Below are positions 20,678-30,735 of a stretch of 64,000 nt of DNA, piece after piece (the first letter of the stretch is position 1; every line of letters starts with the position of its first letter). Source of the DNA: an uncultured Planctomycetales bacterium. GTDB lineage: Bacteria > Planctomycetota > Planctomycetia > Pirellulales > Pirellulaceae. The position numbers were made by a program, and so were the translations under genes. The DNA is taken from the NCBI GenBank assembly GCA_963826795.1, contig CAWGYT010000010.1:14373-78372 (forward strand). Direction: 5' to 3'. The notes beneath the pieces are model-generated. The model was not told the DNA's origin. It worked only from the letters and a program-made list of their open reading frames with translations, and searched no databases.

Positions 20678-23600
20678 TTGTCCAAGAATCGACTCTTACC
20701 TTGGAGAACCCCTATGAAAGACTGCATGGCCATGACGACGTTGACTTCGTCACGAGCCTGGTCGCGGTCAGGTCGTCGCGCGCCGCAGCGAGACCGGCGG
20801 TTGTGGGGCGAGTTGTTGGAATGGCGTCGCGTATTGAGCGCCGACGTCTATTCAACGCCCGCCAACACGGCGCTGGATGCCGGTCTTGTGAACGGCACGT
20901 TTGAAACCGGCAGCATGGCGCCATGGACGAGCTACACGACGCCCGGCGGCTCGATCGGCAGCGCGGGCTTTCCCAACGTCGTGTTACAGGACACGAACGG
21001 TAACGGGTCGACGTCGCGAGCTGCGCAGTTTCGCGTGGCCAGTGGCGGGGGTGGAATTCGGCAGACCGTGTTGTTGACGGAGTCCACAACTCAGGTCAGT
21101 GTCGACGTGGCGGTTACGGCACTTGCCGCGGAACCAGACGCCGGAGTTGTTGAGCTTTGGGTCGATAACCAAATGGTGGCTCAACATGACTTTGGTGCGT
21201 TGGGTGCAGGTGAGTTTAAACGGCACCCACTGGCGGCGACGGTCACAGGATTAACACCCGGTTGGCATGAGCTGCGGTTGCAGATCACGCGCGCGAGCAC
21301 AACCAGCTCGAGCCGCACGGCTCATCATTTCGTCGACAATTGGCAGATTTCGGGCGAGCCATTCGGTGTGCTGGCGAACGACATGTTTCCGGTGGCCGGT
21401 CCGCATCGTCCGTTATTGATCGCAGCACCGCAACACGGCCAGATCGAATTGCGGCGTGACGGGTCATTTCACTACGAACCGGAGCCAGGTTTTACCGGAG
21501 AAGATGCGTTTTCCTACTTGCCCGTCGACGATACGTCGGGCCTTGGCATTTACTCCGTGGATACCGCCAGTGATTCACTGGTAAAGATCGACAGCACGAC
21601 AGGTGTCGTGACGACTGTCGGAGCGATTGGGCACAATATGGGGGACGTGGATCTGGTCTACGACAACCAGACTTTGTTCGCGATCAACACGCGCGGCCAG
21701 ACGTTCGAGCTGCTGACGCTCGACCCAGCGACTGGGGCGCTGCTGTCCGCGGTGCCACTGCGCTTCAATCAGACACTCAAGACAGTCAAGGGGATTACGG
21801 CCGTCGACGGTCAACTGTATGTGATCTTTTCGCACTCGGCGGGGTATTGCGGCGATGCGTGCGGCGCGGCCCATGTCCTGGGACGGCTTAATCCGACAAC
21901 CGGCCAGATTACCGAGCTGGTCAACTACCGCGACCTCGACGGCGGGTTCAGTCACGACTGGGACGCCCTGGCAACCGATTCGCAAGGTCGCCTGCTGGCC
22001 CATCGCTTCGCCGAAGGTGTTGCCATCCAGACGTATGTGCTTGGTTTCAATCCGCCCAGCCTGCAGCACATCGGCGAGTCCTATCCACCGGGCGTCAGCG
22101 TCAACGACGCCGTTTTTGTCGGTGATCAGCTCTACCTGTTGAGCCCGCAGGCACAGGGTTTCTATCGCTATGATCCCGTCGCCGTGGGATATGCGACCGT
22201 CGCCGAAGTCGTGACGATTGGTCCCGAAGCATCGGTATTGAGTGGCATGGCGTTCGCGGTTGATCATCAACCTGGTGCCGAAGTCGCCACGATTCGCGTG
22301 ATGGCTCCTGGGTCGCCCGTCTCGAGCGACGACGCGTATCAGGCGGTCGAGGACCAGTCGCTGGTCGTCGATTCGAGCGGTGGAATCCTGGTCAACGATG
22401 GTGCTCCTCTGGCACCGCCTGCAACGCTTGATGTAACCCGTGGACCGTTTCACGGGACAGTGACCGTGATGCCGGACGGGGCGTTTGTTTACGTGCCCGA
22501 GGGCCAGTTCTTTGGCGTCGACCTGTTTCAGTACCAGCGAAGAGCCGGCAATCAGGTGTCAAACCTGGCAACGGTGTCGATCCTCGTCGATCCGGTCCCG
22601 GACGCGCCCGACGCAGTCGATGACCTGTTCGAGGTCATTCAGAATCAGCTGCGTAGCATCGATCCCGCTCTCGGAGTGTTGTCGAACGACCACGATTCCG
22701 ACGGCGACCGGCTCGCGGCAGTGCTGGTGACAGGACCTTCGCACGGTCAGCTTCTTCTCAACGAGGACGGTTCCCTCCAATATGTACCCGCGCCCGGTTT
22801 CTTGGGAGCTGATCAGTTCACCTATCGAGCTACGGACGGCACCTTCGATTCGAACACCGCCACGGTGCGGTTATCCGTTGTGCCACCGCCGCCCCCTGTG
22901 GCAGTTGCCGATCAGTACGTTGTCGCCGAGGATGAACTGCTGGAAGTCGCTGCCCATGGCGAACCGCCAGCCGTCTCCGGCGTACTAGCGAACGACCTGG
23001 AGTTCGTGGGAGGGCCGTTAAACGCTGAACTCGTCGACAATGTCCAGCACGGCCAACTCGAGTTGCAACCCGGTGGAAGTTTCACCTACCGTCCGGCAGC
23101 CGACTATGCGGGTAGCGATCGCTTTACGTACCAGGCCCGCCAAGGAGACGCCCTCTCGAATGTGGTTGCCGTCGAGATCCTCGTCCAGTCGGTGGACGAT
23201 CCGCCACGTGGCCAAGACGACCAATATCGCGTACCGGTATCCGGAACTCTCGTCGTGGCCGGTGCGGGTGGTGTGCTGGCCAATGACACGGACGCCGACG
23301 GCGACCCACTCACGGTCGTGCTTGTGTCGGGACCCGCCACCGGTTCGCTCGTGCTGCGTCCCGATGGCTCGTTCGACTATCGCGCCGGCGAAGCATTTCG
23401 ACTCATTGACCAATTTGTGTATCAGGTCACCGATGGGAGGTTATCGTCCGAGCTGGTAACGGTCACTCTGCAGGCGGATCTGCCGCGAATTGTGGTTGGC
23501 GTGCATCATTTGCGTCCGAACTTGGCGAATCAGTCGATTCAGATCTTCGTGCAGGGTGGGCACGCCGTGTCGGGTGCCGATCTGTACGCGATGATTGGCG

Positions 23601-24970
23601 ACGGCGGACCCGAACTCACGCAGTTGGGGCTCGCGCCCGGAGCGGATGGACCGTCCATCACTCAGGTCGACCTGAAGACGGGCACGATCTTTTCCTCGTT
23701 GCCCGACGAAGCTCGTGACCTCGGGTCGATTCCGCAAGTTGCCAATTGGACCATTGCGGCCACGGGCGGCGGTACGGTCGCGGCCGACGGCCTATTTGCT
23801 ACGCTGACGATCGATACCACCGGGTTCCTGGAGGGAACTTGGTCCCTGGCATTCGGTGGCATTCTACCGGCACACAGCTTCGGACCGTTTGACACCGGTT
23901 TTGCCGGAGCGCTGGCGCACGTCGAGAACGGCTCAATCACAATCGATGCGGTGCAAGTTGTCGGCCGGTATTTGTTTTACAACAACTCGGCATGGGACGG
24001 AAATAGCGCGGGCGCCAGTCCCAGCGACGATCTGGCGATCGCTCCCGACAAGCTGCCGCTGATGGCGGGCCAGACGGCCTCGTTCAGCAACTATTCCAGC
24101 TACAGCCGAGGAATCAACGGCATCATGCTCGACGTGGCGAATCTGCCGGCGACCGATACGGTCGCCGTTCAGGATTTTACCTTCCGAGTCGGGCGCTCAA
24201 ATGATCCGTCTCGCTGGGCCCTCGCACCCACACCGCAGCTTTCCGTTCGGGCTGGCGCCGGAAAGGACGGTTCGGACCGCATCACGCTCGTTTGGGCCGA
24301 TGGAGCGATTCAGCAACAGTGGCTGGAGGTCCAGCTGAGCCCCAGTGCTCGAAACTTCTTGCCACACGCGGACCGATTCTATTTTGGAAACGCCATCGGC
24401 GAATCGGGAAACTCGCAGTTGAATACGTTGGTCAATTCCATCGACGTGATTGCCACTCGAGACAATCAGCGCGGACCGTTCAATCGAGCTGCGCTAGAGG
24501 ATCCGTACGATTTTAATCGTGACCGCTTGGTCACTGCGACCGACGTCATTCTGGCGCGCGATCATCAGGTCGGTCTCCTGTTGGCCCTCCCGCTGATCCG
24601 GCCGCCCACGTTGCCGGTGCCGGCGGTTGCTGCCGCCGTTCTGTTGGGCCGCTTGAATCAAGCAGAAGCCAGAGCCTGCGTGGTAGACACCGTGGGACCG
24701 AAACCCTTGGCCGACGATGCGGTGTGGCAAGCGGACGAGCAACCGGACCTGTTACCCGATGGACTCGGCCATCCTCTGGGTGACGTCAATTTCGATGGAC
24801 GATTTGATAGCGGCGATTTGGTCGCGGTGTTTCAACGGGGCAAGTACAATGTCAATCAACTGGCGCGGGACGCCACATGGTCTGAGGGTGACTGGGATGG
24901 CGATCACGACTTCGATTTCGACGATTTAGTCGCCGCGTTCCAAGCAGCGGAGTCGAGGGTCAAGCCATGA
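20678..24970 (+). CDS. giant secreted adhesin-like protein, intact (LamG-like, beta-propeller-like, about 6 cadherin/VCBS-like Ig repeats, conserved C-terminal module, dockerin-like pair)
   Basis: 1430-aa uninterrupted ORF. The N-terminus carries LWGELLEWRRVLSA. Repeats have the form DxDxDGDxLxxxLVxxPxHGxLxLxxDGSFxYxPxxGFxGxDxFTYxxxDG. The C-terminus carries GDVNFDGRFDSGDLVAVF...GDWDGDHDFDFDDLVAAFQ. Confidence 0.8.
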   Translation: MSKNRLLPWRTPMKDCMAMTTLTSSRAWSRSGRRAPQRDRRLWGELLEWRRVLSADVYSTPANTALDAGLVNGTFETGSMAPWTSYTTPGGSIGSAGFPNVVLQDTNGNGSTSRAAQFRVASGGGGIRQTVLLTESTTQVSVDVAVTALAAEPDAGVVELWVDNQMVAQHDFGALGAGEFKRHPLAATVTGLTPGWHELRLQITRASTTSSSRTAHHFVDNWQISGEPFGVLANDMFPVAGPHRPLLIAAPQHGQIELRRDGSFHYEPEPGFTGEDAFSYLPVDDTSGLGIYSVDTASDSLVKIDSTTGVVTTVGAIGHNMGDVDLVYDNQTLFAINTRGQTFELLTLDPATGALLSAVPLRFNQTLKTVKGITAVDGQLYVIFSHSAGYCGDACGAAHVLGRLNPTTGQITELVNYRDLDGGFSHDWDALATDSQGRLLAHRFAEGVAIQTYVLGFNPPSLQHIGESYPPGVSVNDAVFVGDQLYLLSPQAQGFYRYDPVAVGYATVAEVVTIGPEASVLSGMAFAVDHQPGAEVATIRVMAPGSPVSSDDAYQAVEDQSLVVDSSGGILVNDGAPLAPPATLDVTRGPFHGTVTVMPDGAFVYVPEGQFFGVDLFQYQRRAGNQVSNLATVSILVDPVPDAPDAVDDLFEVIQNQLRSIDPALGVLSNDHDSDGDRLAAVLVTGPSHGQLLLNEDGSLQYVPAPGFLGADQFTYRATDGTFDSNTATVRLSVVPPPPPVAVADQYVVAEDELLEVAAHGEPPAVSGVLANDLEFVGGPLNAELVDNVQHGQLELQPGGSFTYRPAADYAGSDRFTYQARQGDALSNVVAVEILVQSVDDPPRGQDDQYRVPVSGTLVVAGAGGVLANDTDADGDPLTVVLVSGPATGSLVLRPDGSFDYRAGEAFRLIDQFVYQVTDGRLSSELVTVTLQADLPRIVVGVHHLRPNLANQSIQIFVQGGHAVSGADLYAMIGDGGPELTQLGLAPGADGPSITQVDLKTGTIFSSLPDEARDLGSIPQVANWTIAATGGGTVAADGLFATLTIDTTGFLEGTWSLAFGGILPAHSFGPFDTGFAGALAHVENGSITIDAVQVVGRYLFYNNSAWDGNSAGASPSDDLAIAPDKLPLMAGQTASFSNYSSYSRGINGIMLDVANLPATDTVAVQDFTFRVGRSNDPSRWALAPTPQLSVRAGAGKDGSDRITLVWADGAIQQQWLEVQLSPSARNFLPHADRFYFGNAIGESGNSQLNTLVNSIDVIATRDNQRGPFNRAALEDPYDFNRDRLVTATDVILARDHQVGLLLALPLIRPPTLPVPAVAAAVLLGRLNQAEARACVVDTVGPKPLADDAVWQADEQPDLLPDGLGHPLGDVNFDGRFDSGDLVAVFQRGKYNVNQLARDATWSEGDWDGDHDFDFDDLVAAFQAAESRVKP

Positions 24971-26118
24971 TGCGACGAACACACAAGCGGACCCTGCTGG
25001 TGAGTGTGGCCGTGTCGGCGTGGCTAACCTCGGCCATCTGGGGAGCCTCGATCAGCGTGGGCCATGTCCAACTGATCGCCAATCAACCCGATCAATGGAT
25101 TGACGTCACCGTGACGGGCGGCGATTTCGTGGCGGGCGTTGACCTGTTCGTTCAAGTGGGCGACGGCGGTCCTCAATTGGCCGATTTTGGTTTGCCGCCG
25201 GGCAAGGCAGGCCCGGCGATCACGGGCGTCGAACTGAAGGCAGGTACGATCTTTCAAGGTGTCAGTGACCTGCCGACCGATGTCGGTTCGACGCAGCTGC
25301 CACAGACCGCCGTGTTCACACTGTCCCTGGTCGGCGCTGCTCCCACGGTACCCGCGCAGGGTAAATTGGCGAAGGTTCGGATCGACACGACGGGGTTCTT
25401 TGGCGGAACATGGAACCTGCAATTGGATAACGTGTTGCCGTTTGACATCTTCGGAGGTCCCTATGCGACGAACTTTGCGGGCCTGCCGGCGAATATCCAG
25501 AATGGCACACTTACGATCCCCATTACGCGCGGTGACTACAATGGCAATCAGCAGTTTGACGTCAGCGATGTGGATAGTCTAGCCGCCGCACTTCGCGCTG
25601 GCTCGGACGATCGAGCGCTCTACGACCTCAACAGCGACGCCTTCGTCGATTGGAGCGACCATCGCTTCTGGGTGCGGTACTACGCCCGCACCTATGTTGG
25701 AGACGCCAATCTCGATGGCGAGTTCAACACCACGGATCTGGTGCAGGTCTTCGCAGAGGGCAAGTACGAGGATGCCGTGGTCGGCAATGCAACCTGGAGA
25801 TCCGGCGACTGGGACGGCGACGGCGAATTCACGACCAGCGATCTTGTGCTCGCCTTCCAGGACGGCGGCTACGAGCAAGGCCCCCATACTGCAGCTCGCG
25901 CCGTGCCAGAGCCGACATCACTTACCGTGCTGACTCTGGTTCTACCGCTGATAGGCAGACTGAGGTTGTCTCGAAAACCCGAGGGAACGCAGGGGCCAGA
26001 TCCGGGCAAGTCCAGCTCGACACGGGCTGCTCAATTGCCGCAACTGCATTCGCCGACCGAACACGAATTCGCCGACCGAACACCGTACGTTCGATGCCGT
26101 CCTGAATCACGCTTGTAG
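24967..26118 (+). CDS. PEP-CTERM sorting-domain protein carrying the family C-terminal module and a dockerin-like pair
   Basis: Start ATG overlaps the stop of the upstream gene (ATGA). Signal peptide present. The module begins HVQLIANQPDQWIDVTVTGGDFVAGVDLFVQVGDGGPQL and contains IDTTGFFGGTW. Dockerin-like pair GDANLDGEFNTTDLVQVF and GDWDGDGEFTTSDLVLAF. PEP-CTERM signal: VPEPTSLTVLTLVLPLIGRLRLSRKP. Confidence 0.75.
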   Translation: MMRRTHKRTLLVSVAVSAWLTSAIWGASISVGHVQLIANQPDQWIDVTVTGGDFVAGVDLFVQVGDGGPQLADFGLPPGKAGPAITGVELKAGTIFQGVSDLPTDVGSTQLPQTAVFTLSLVGAAPTVPAQGKLAKVRIDTTGFFGGTWNLQLDNVLPFDIFGGPYATNFAGLPANIQNGTLTIPITRGDYNGNQQFDVSDVDSLAAALRAGSDDRALYDLNSDAFVDWSDHRFWVRYYARTYVGDANLDGEFNTTDLVQVFAEGKYEDAVVGNATWRSGDWDGDGEFTTSDLVLAFQDGGYEQGPHTAARAVPEPTSLTVLTLVLPLIGRLRLSRKPEGTQGPDPGKSSSTRAAQLPQLHSPTEHEFADRTPYVRCRPESRL

Positions 26119-26127
26119 GGCAAACAC

Positions 26128-26285
26128 GCCAGGCGAGACCTGTCAAACACCAGAAACCAGATCTGACCCCTGCGCACCCCCGCCAGGCGAGACCTGTCAA
26201 ACACCAGAAACCAGATCTGACCCCTGACGCACAGATGTCAAACACCAGAAACCAGATCTGACCCCTGCGCACTCTGTGCCTTCGT
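26128..26285. repeat. tandem direct repeat, unit about 54 bp, about 2.7 copies
   Basis: The unit ccaggcgagacctgtcaaacaccagaaaccagatctgacccctgcgcac is repeated at about 26128, 26182 and 26235. It sits in the convergent intergenic space between 24967..26118 (+) and 26299..27240 (-). Confidence 0.8.
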
Positions 26286-26298
26286 TTGTCGAATAGCG

Positions 26299-27240
26299 TC
26301 ATTGCTCAAGCCCGGCCAGCTTTTTGCGCACGAGAAGGGACTGGTCGTGGTCGAGGATCTGCCAGCAAGCGAGACCGTTTCCCACGAGCTCGAATTCGTC
26401 GAACTCCCAGACAATATGCTTGTCGCGGTCAATCTCGAAAATTTGTGGGTTGTTCGGTCCCGCGTGACAGTTCCCGACAATAAAGTGACCGTTCGCCAAC
26501 TCCGCCAAGCAGGTTGTCCAACCCAATTCGACGTCCGTGCCCGGTACTTGACGTTCGATTGTCCAGACGACTTGTCGATCCGGCGTCACTTCCAGCACGC
26601 TGCTTCCGCTTCCTGAGGCAATAAGCGTGTTGCCGTTGCTTAGTCGGATGGCACCGTAAACCCGCGTATCGACCTGGTAGTCCCAGACGACATCACCGCT
26701 CGGGGCATATTCGGTAACGACACCTGGGTATTCCGCGCACACGAGGTAGTTGCCCTCCGGCGTGATGCGGACTAGCCTCGTGGACTGCGTCCCACCTTTC
26801 TTCAGCGGGATCTGGTGAATGATCTTCCCATCACGATTCACCTCGAGGATGCGGCCCACACCGCTCTCGGCGATCATCGTGAGGCCGGAGGGCAATCTCG
26901 CGAAAGCGTGGACTTCCACCTGCCGCCCGCGATTGCCATTCATGGTGGCAGAGTCATACGTCCAAACCACGTCCTTTGCCAAGTTGATTTCGGTGAGCTT
27001 CGTCCAGCTGTCGTGGTATAGTATGTTCGCGTCGGGAAGGAGTTGTACGTCGTGGTGGCCTGCGTGGCCCTGAGTTGGTCCGCCCGTATGGTGCGACCAC
27101 AGTACTTTGCCCTCCTGATCGCAGATGGCGAGGATGTTCTTGCCGTAGGAGGCGCTGACCAAGACGAGCCGTTCAGCCTGGGCGTGCGAGCCAGCAAGCA
27201 GACAACCCAGTAGGATCACGGTTCTTGCACTTGGTTTCAT
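26299..27240 (-). CDS. secreted beta-propeller repeat protein (PQQ/YVTN-like repeats)
   Basis: 313 aa. Signal peptide MKPSARTVILLGCLLAGSHAQA. Repeated V(V)W...G blades. Function unknown. Confidence 0.55.
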   Translation of the reverse strand: MKPSARTVILLGCLLAGSHAQAERLVLVSASYGKNILAICDQEGKVLWSHHTGGPTQGHAGHHDVQLLPDANILYHDSWTKLTEINLAKDVVWTYDSATMNGNRGRQVEVHAFARLPSGLTMIAESGVGRILEVNRDGKIIHQIPLKKGGTQSTRLVRITPEGNYLVCAEYPGVVTEYAPSGDVVWDYQVDTRVYGAIRLSNGNTLIASGSGSSVLEVTPDRQVVWTIERQVPGTDVELGWTTCLAELANGHFIVGNCHAGPNNPQIFEIDRDKHIVWEFDEFELVGNGLACWQILDHDQSLLVRKKLAGLEQ

Positions 27241-27257
27241 CGTTCCGGGAGCTCGCT

Positions 27258-27282
27258 GAAAGAAAGAAAGAAAGAAAGAGAG
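27258..27282. repeat. (GAAA)5 tetranucleotide microsatellite 17 bp upstream of the start codon of 26299..27240
   Basis: gaaagaaagaaagaaagaaagagag lies immediately 5' of the minus-strand ATG (27238-27240). Confidence 0.8.
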
Positions 27283-28366
27283 TTGGCCGTCTCATCGGAT
27301 CGACGAAGCTCTCGCTGATTCGCGAAGTTGGCTTCAATTGTAGCCGGTCCTGATGAACCCGTGGCCCGTCAGGAAAAGATCGATTGAAAAACGGTCGTTG
27401 AACGGGTCGGCGAGCGCGGCGATGATCCGACCAGAGACGTCCGCTTGCGACCACCAGCATGTCCCCCGCATCTCGACAGGGCGTCCTTCGTCACGTCACG
27501 CTGTGTGGCCCAAATGTCCGAGCGCAGTCTGCGACAGCGGCACAACACGGCGGGAAGCGCCAAGCGGACGCACGAATTTCGCCACGGCGGCACCGAGAAT
27601 ATGCCGACAGGTTCATCATCGTCGCGTTTCGCCGTGGATTCTCTGTGCCTCGGTGGTGATTCCCCCTACTTCTTCACAACCTCACGCGATGCAGCTCGAG
27701 GGCTGCCATTGAGTCGCCACACGAAGTTGATTCCGCTGACGGACCAGACCGCTTCATCCGGCCAAGCACGCCTTCCCGGGTCACGCCGAGATGCGGGCCA
27801 TCGACGATCAGCGCCGTACCGTCATCGGGAATGTGATGCGCGTAAGCATTCACCGCGGTCACTCCACCGAATGGCAAAGCGCCGAGTTTTCCGAGCGTGA
27901 AAGGCCCCCAGGGGTCCTGGCTAAGGAGCCGCTGGATGATTACGATGAAGTCGCTGCTGCGACCCGGGGCGTCAGGAGCGAACGGCAAGACGAGAAGTAC
28001 TTTCGTGAATCAACGAAAATCGCCGTGCACCTCCGTGATCGGACATGAGTGTTCATCGATCATCCCGATCGTTGGTCAGGGGTCAATTCCAAGTTACGTC
28101 GAAAGCGGATCCACGGCTCGCGACATCGTCCTATCGAACCGGCAGCGGACCTCGATTTCGCGATGGGTACCCACGAAAGTCGCCACGTCGACCCAAACGC
28201 CAATTGATCTCCCGCCAACGCGAAAAGGGCGCGTCATTCATTTTGGATTCGGCCACGACACACATCCGGCAACTGGCGGAGGCTTATCCCGCTAGCCGAG
28301 CTGTGGAAGTTCGGCAATGAGCCCGTTCGAGCGCCTTGAACATCGACCTGTCAGGAAACCCTAAAA

Positions 28367-29271
28367 TGAAGCAATTCACCAGCATGTCTCTCATTGCGAT
28401 CTGCCTGATCGGCGCAAGTCGTGCTGCGGCCGACCCTCCCTCAGCCGCGGAACGACAAGCAGCGGACACCTCGATCCGGGCTTCGGCCGAGTCCTTTGCC
28501 GAGTCGTTTCGCAAGCGAGACGCGGCGGCCATCGCCGCTCATTGGCTGCCCGACGGGGTCTACACCAACGAGGACGGTGAAAGATTCGAAGGCCGAAAGG
28601 CCCTGCAGTCCGAATACGAAACCTTGTTCAAGAACATCACGGATGACGTGGAACTGAAGTTGGAGATCGATTCGATTCGGCTGGTCAGCTCGGACACGGC
28701 GATCGAAGAGGGCCGAGCCGCCTTGACTCCGCAGCCGACCGGAGACTTCCGCGTGATGAGCCGCTACACGGCGGTGCACGTCAAGCAGGGTGACGAATGG
28801 TTCATGGCCGACGTCCGCGACACACGCGTGGAACTGCCGCCGGACGCGGGCCAGGTTGAGGACCTCGAGTGGCTCGTCGGGACCTGGACGGGAGGTACCA
28901 AGGAGAATCACGTCATCTCCAGGTGCCGCTGGATCGAAAACCAACACTTCCTCGCCCGCTCGTACTCGGTGACCGAGGGTGGAAAAGAAACGTCCACGGG
29001 ACTGCAAATCATTGGCCTCGATCCGTCCACCGGGAGAATCACCTCCTGGACCTTCGCCAGTGACGGAGGACATGCGGTCGGTATCTGGTCGCCGCATCAA
29101 ACGGGCTGGGTCATCCAGTCCTCCGGCGCCGTCCAAGACGGGACCGAAACCGGTGCCGTCCAGATTCTTTCGCGCCAAGATCAAGACACCCTGACCTGGA
29201 AGTCGGTTGATCGTACGCTCGGCGACGACTTGCTACCGGATCTCCCAGAAGTCACCCTGAAACGCCGATAG
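28367..29271 (+). CDS. secreted protein with tandem NTF2-like (SnoaL/SgcJ-EcaC-like) domains
   Basis: Signal peptide MKQFTSMSLIAICLIGASRAAAD. AAIAAHWLPDGVYTNEDGERFEGRKALQSEYETLF resembles TIGR02246/NTF2-like folds. Confidence 0.5.
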
Positions 29272-29330
29272 ACCGCGCCGGCGTCCCGCCCCGAATCGAC
29301 ACTTCACACGCGAACAGACGGAATCCTGTC

Positions 29331-30735
29331 ATGACGAAAACTCAGCTGCCGTTGACACTGGTCCTCATCACCTCTCTGGCTGCCGCACTCCCATCCGACG
29401 GCTGGGCCCGCGGCTTTGGAGGCATGCACGGAGGCATGGAGGCGGGTGGCATGCGAGGCGGCATGGGAGGCATGTCGGGTGGCATGCGCGGCGGTATGGG
29501 AGGCATGCCGAGTGGCATGCGCGGCGGTATGGGAGGCATGCCGGGTGGCATGCGCGGCGGTATGGGAGGCATGCCGGGTGGCATGCGCGGTGGCATGGGA
29601 GGGATGCCGGGTGGCATGCGTGGCGGCATGGGAGGCATGCCGGGTGGCATGCGCGGCGGGCAGGGGATGCGTCCCGGAGGCGGAAACCTCGGCGCGAACC
29701 AACGGGGTGCGGGAAACTTGGGTGGGCTTGGTGCCGGCGGAGCAAATGCGGACCGGTCGCGGATGGGCGTTGCGGGCAACGACCGTTTTCCGGGCGGCGG
29801 AGCGGCGGGATTCGGTGGAAACCGACGGGACGCCGGCGCAGCCGGACTTCGTCGCGGACCGGAGGCGGGCGTCGGCGATCGGGCCGGACGGGGGCAGCTC
29901 GGCAACTTCCTGGGCTTACCCTCAGATGGCGGGATGCACGCCGCAGCGGCCGGAAACCGGCTTGGCCGCGATACTCGAGGCCTGAACCGCTTCTCTGACG
30001 ACGATCTACGCCGCCACGGGGACGACGTCCGTCGGGACTTCCACGATCGCGATATCTACACTCGCGACTGGTACCGGCGTTACCCTGGCGCGTGGTACCC
30101 GAGGGTTTGGGCCCGCGACGATCTTTGGGCCGCCACCAGTTGGGCTTCGATGGGTGAATGGTTGGGCTATGCCAACGCCCAGCCGACGTACTACGACTAC
30201 GGCAATAACGTGACTTACCAAGACGACTCGGTTTACGTGGATGGCCAAGACGTCGGCACGTCGGGTCAGTACTACCAACAAGCCCAGGACTTGGCGAGCA
30301 CGGGTCAAACCGCGGCGGCTGGCGATCAGAACGCGGCGGCTGGCGATCAGAACGCGGCAGCCGACGACACCGAGCAATGGCTGTCATTGGGCGTCTTCGC
30401 GATGACCCACGATCAACAGACCAAAGCCAATTTGATTCTGCAACTGGCCGTCAACAAGGAGGGAATCATTCGCGGAAATTACACGGCCACCTCTGACGAA
30501 TGATACCCAGCCGGTCACCGGGTCCGTCGACAAGAAGACGCAGAAGGCGGCCTGGACGATCGGCGACAACAAGGACAACGTGATTGAGACGGGAATCTAC
30601 AATCTGACCAAAGACGAAGCTCCCATCCTGGTTCATTTTGGCAAAGACCGAACGGAACAATGGGTATTGGTGCGGATCAAGAAAGACGACCAGGACGATT
30701 CGCAAACGCCGGCCGCAGCCCCCCAGGGTTCGTAG
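29331..30735 (+). CDS. secreted Gly/Met-rich 11-aa tandem-repeat protein (possible Met-rich metal-binding protein); frame change near 30503
   Basis: Signal peptide present. About 7 copies of MRGGMGGMPGG (33-bp DNA repeat, 29440-29670). A Gly/Arg-rich linker and a Tyr/Trp/Asp-rich domain follow. After the listed stop at 30503, the +1 frame continues coherently (TQPVTGSVDKKTQKAAWTIGDNKDNVIETGIYNLTKDEAPILVHFGKDRTEQWVLVRIKKDD...) to a TAG at 30733-30735. Confidence 0.55.

Noticed and set aside
25922-26302. 126-aa minus-strand ORF with internal GFWCLTGLAWR repeats.
   Set aside because: It is the translation of the 54-bp tandem DNA repeat, so it is an artefact of the repeat rather than a gene.
27674-27988. 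104-aa minus-strand ORF in the 1.1-kb divergent intergenic region between 27240 and 28367.
   Set aside because: No recognisable family, no start-site context, and surrounded by equally long ORFs in other frames. It could be a gene remnant, but I cannot support that.
29440-29670. Regular 33-bp repeats that might be mistaken for a CRISPR array.
   Set aside because: The repeats are contiguous with no spacers, they lie in frame inside a coding sequence with a signal peptide, and there are no cas genes nearby.
29304-30387. Three overlapping minus-strand ORFs with Pro/Ala/His-rich repeats, opposite the Gly/Met-rich repeat gene.
   Set aside because: They are mirror images of the 33-bp tandem repeat. 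The plus strand has a signal peptide and a coherent downstream domain. The minus-strand frames do not.
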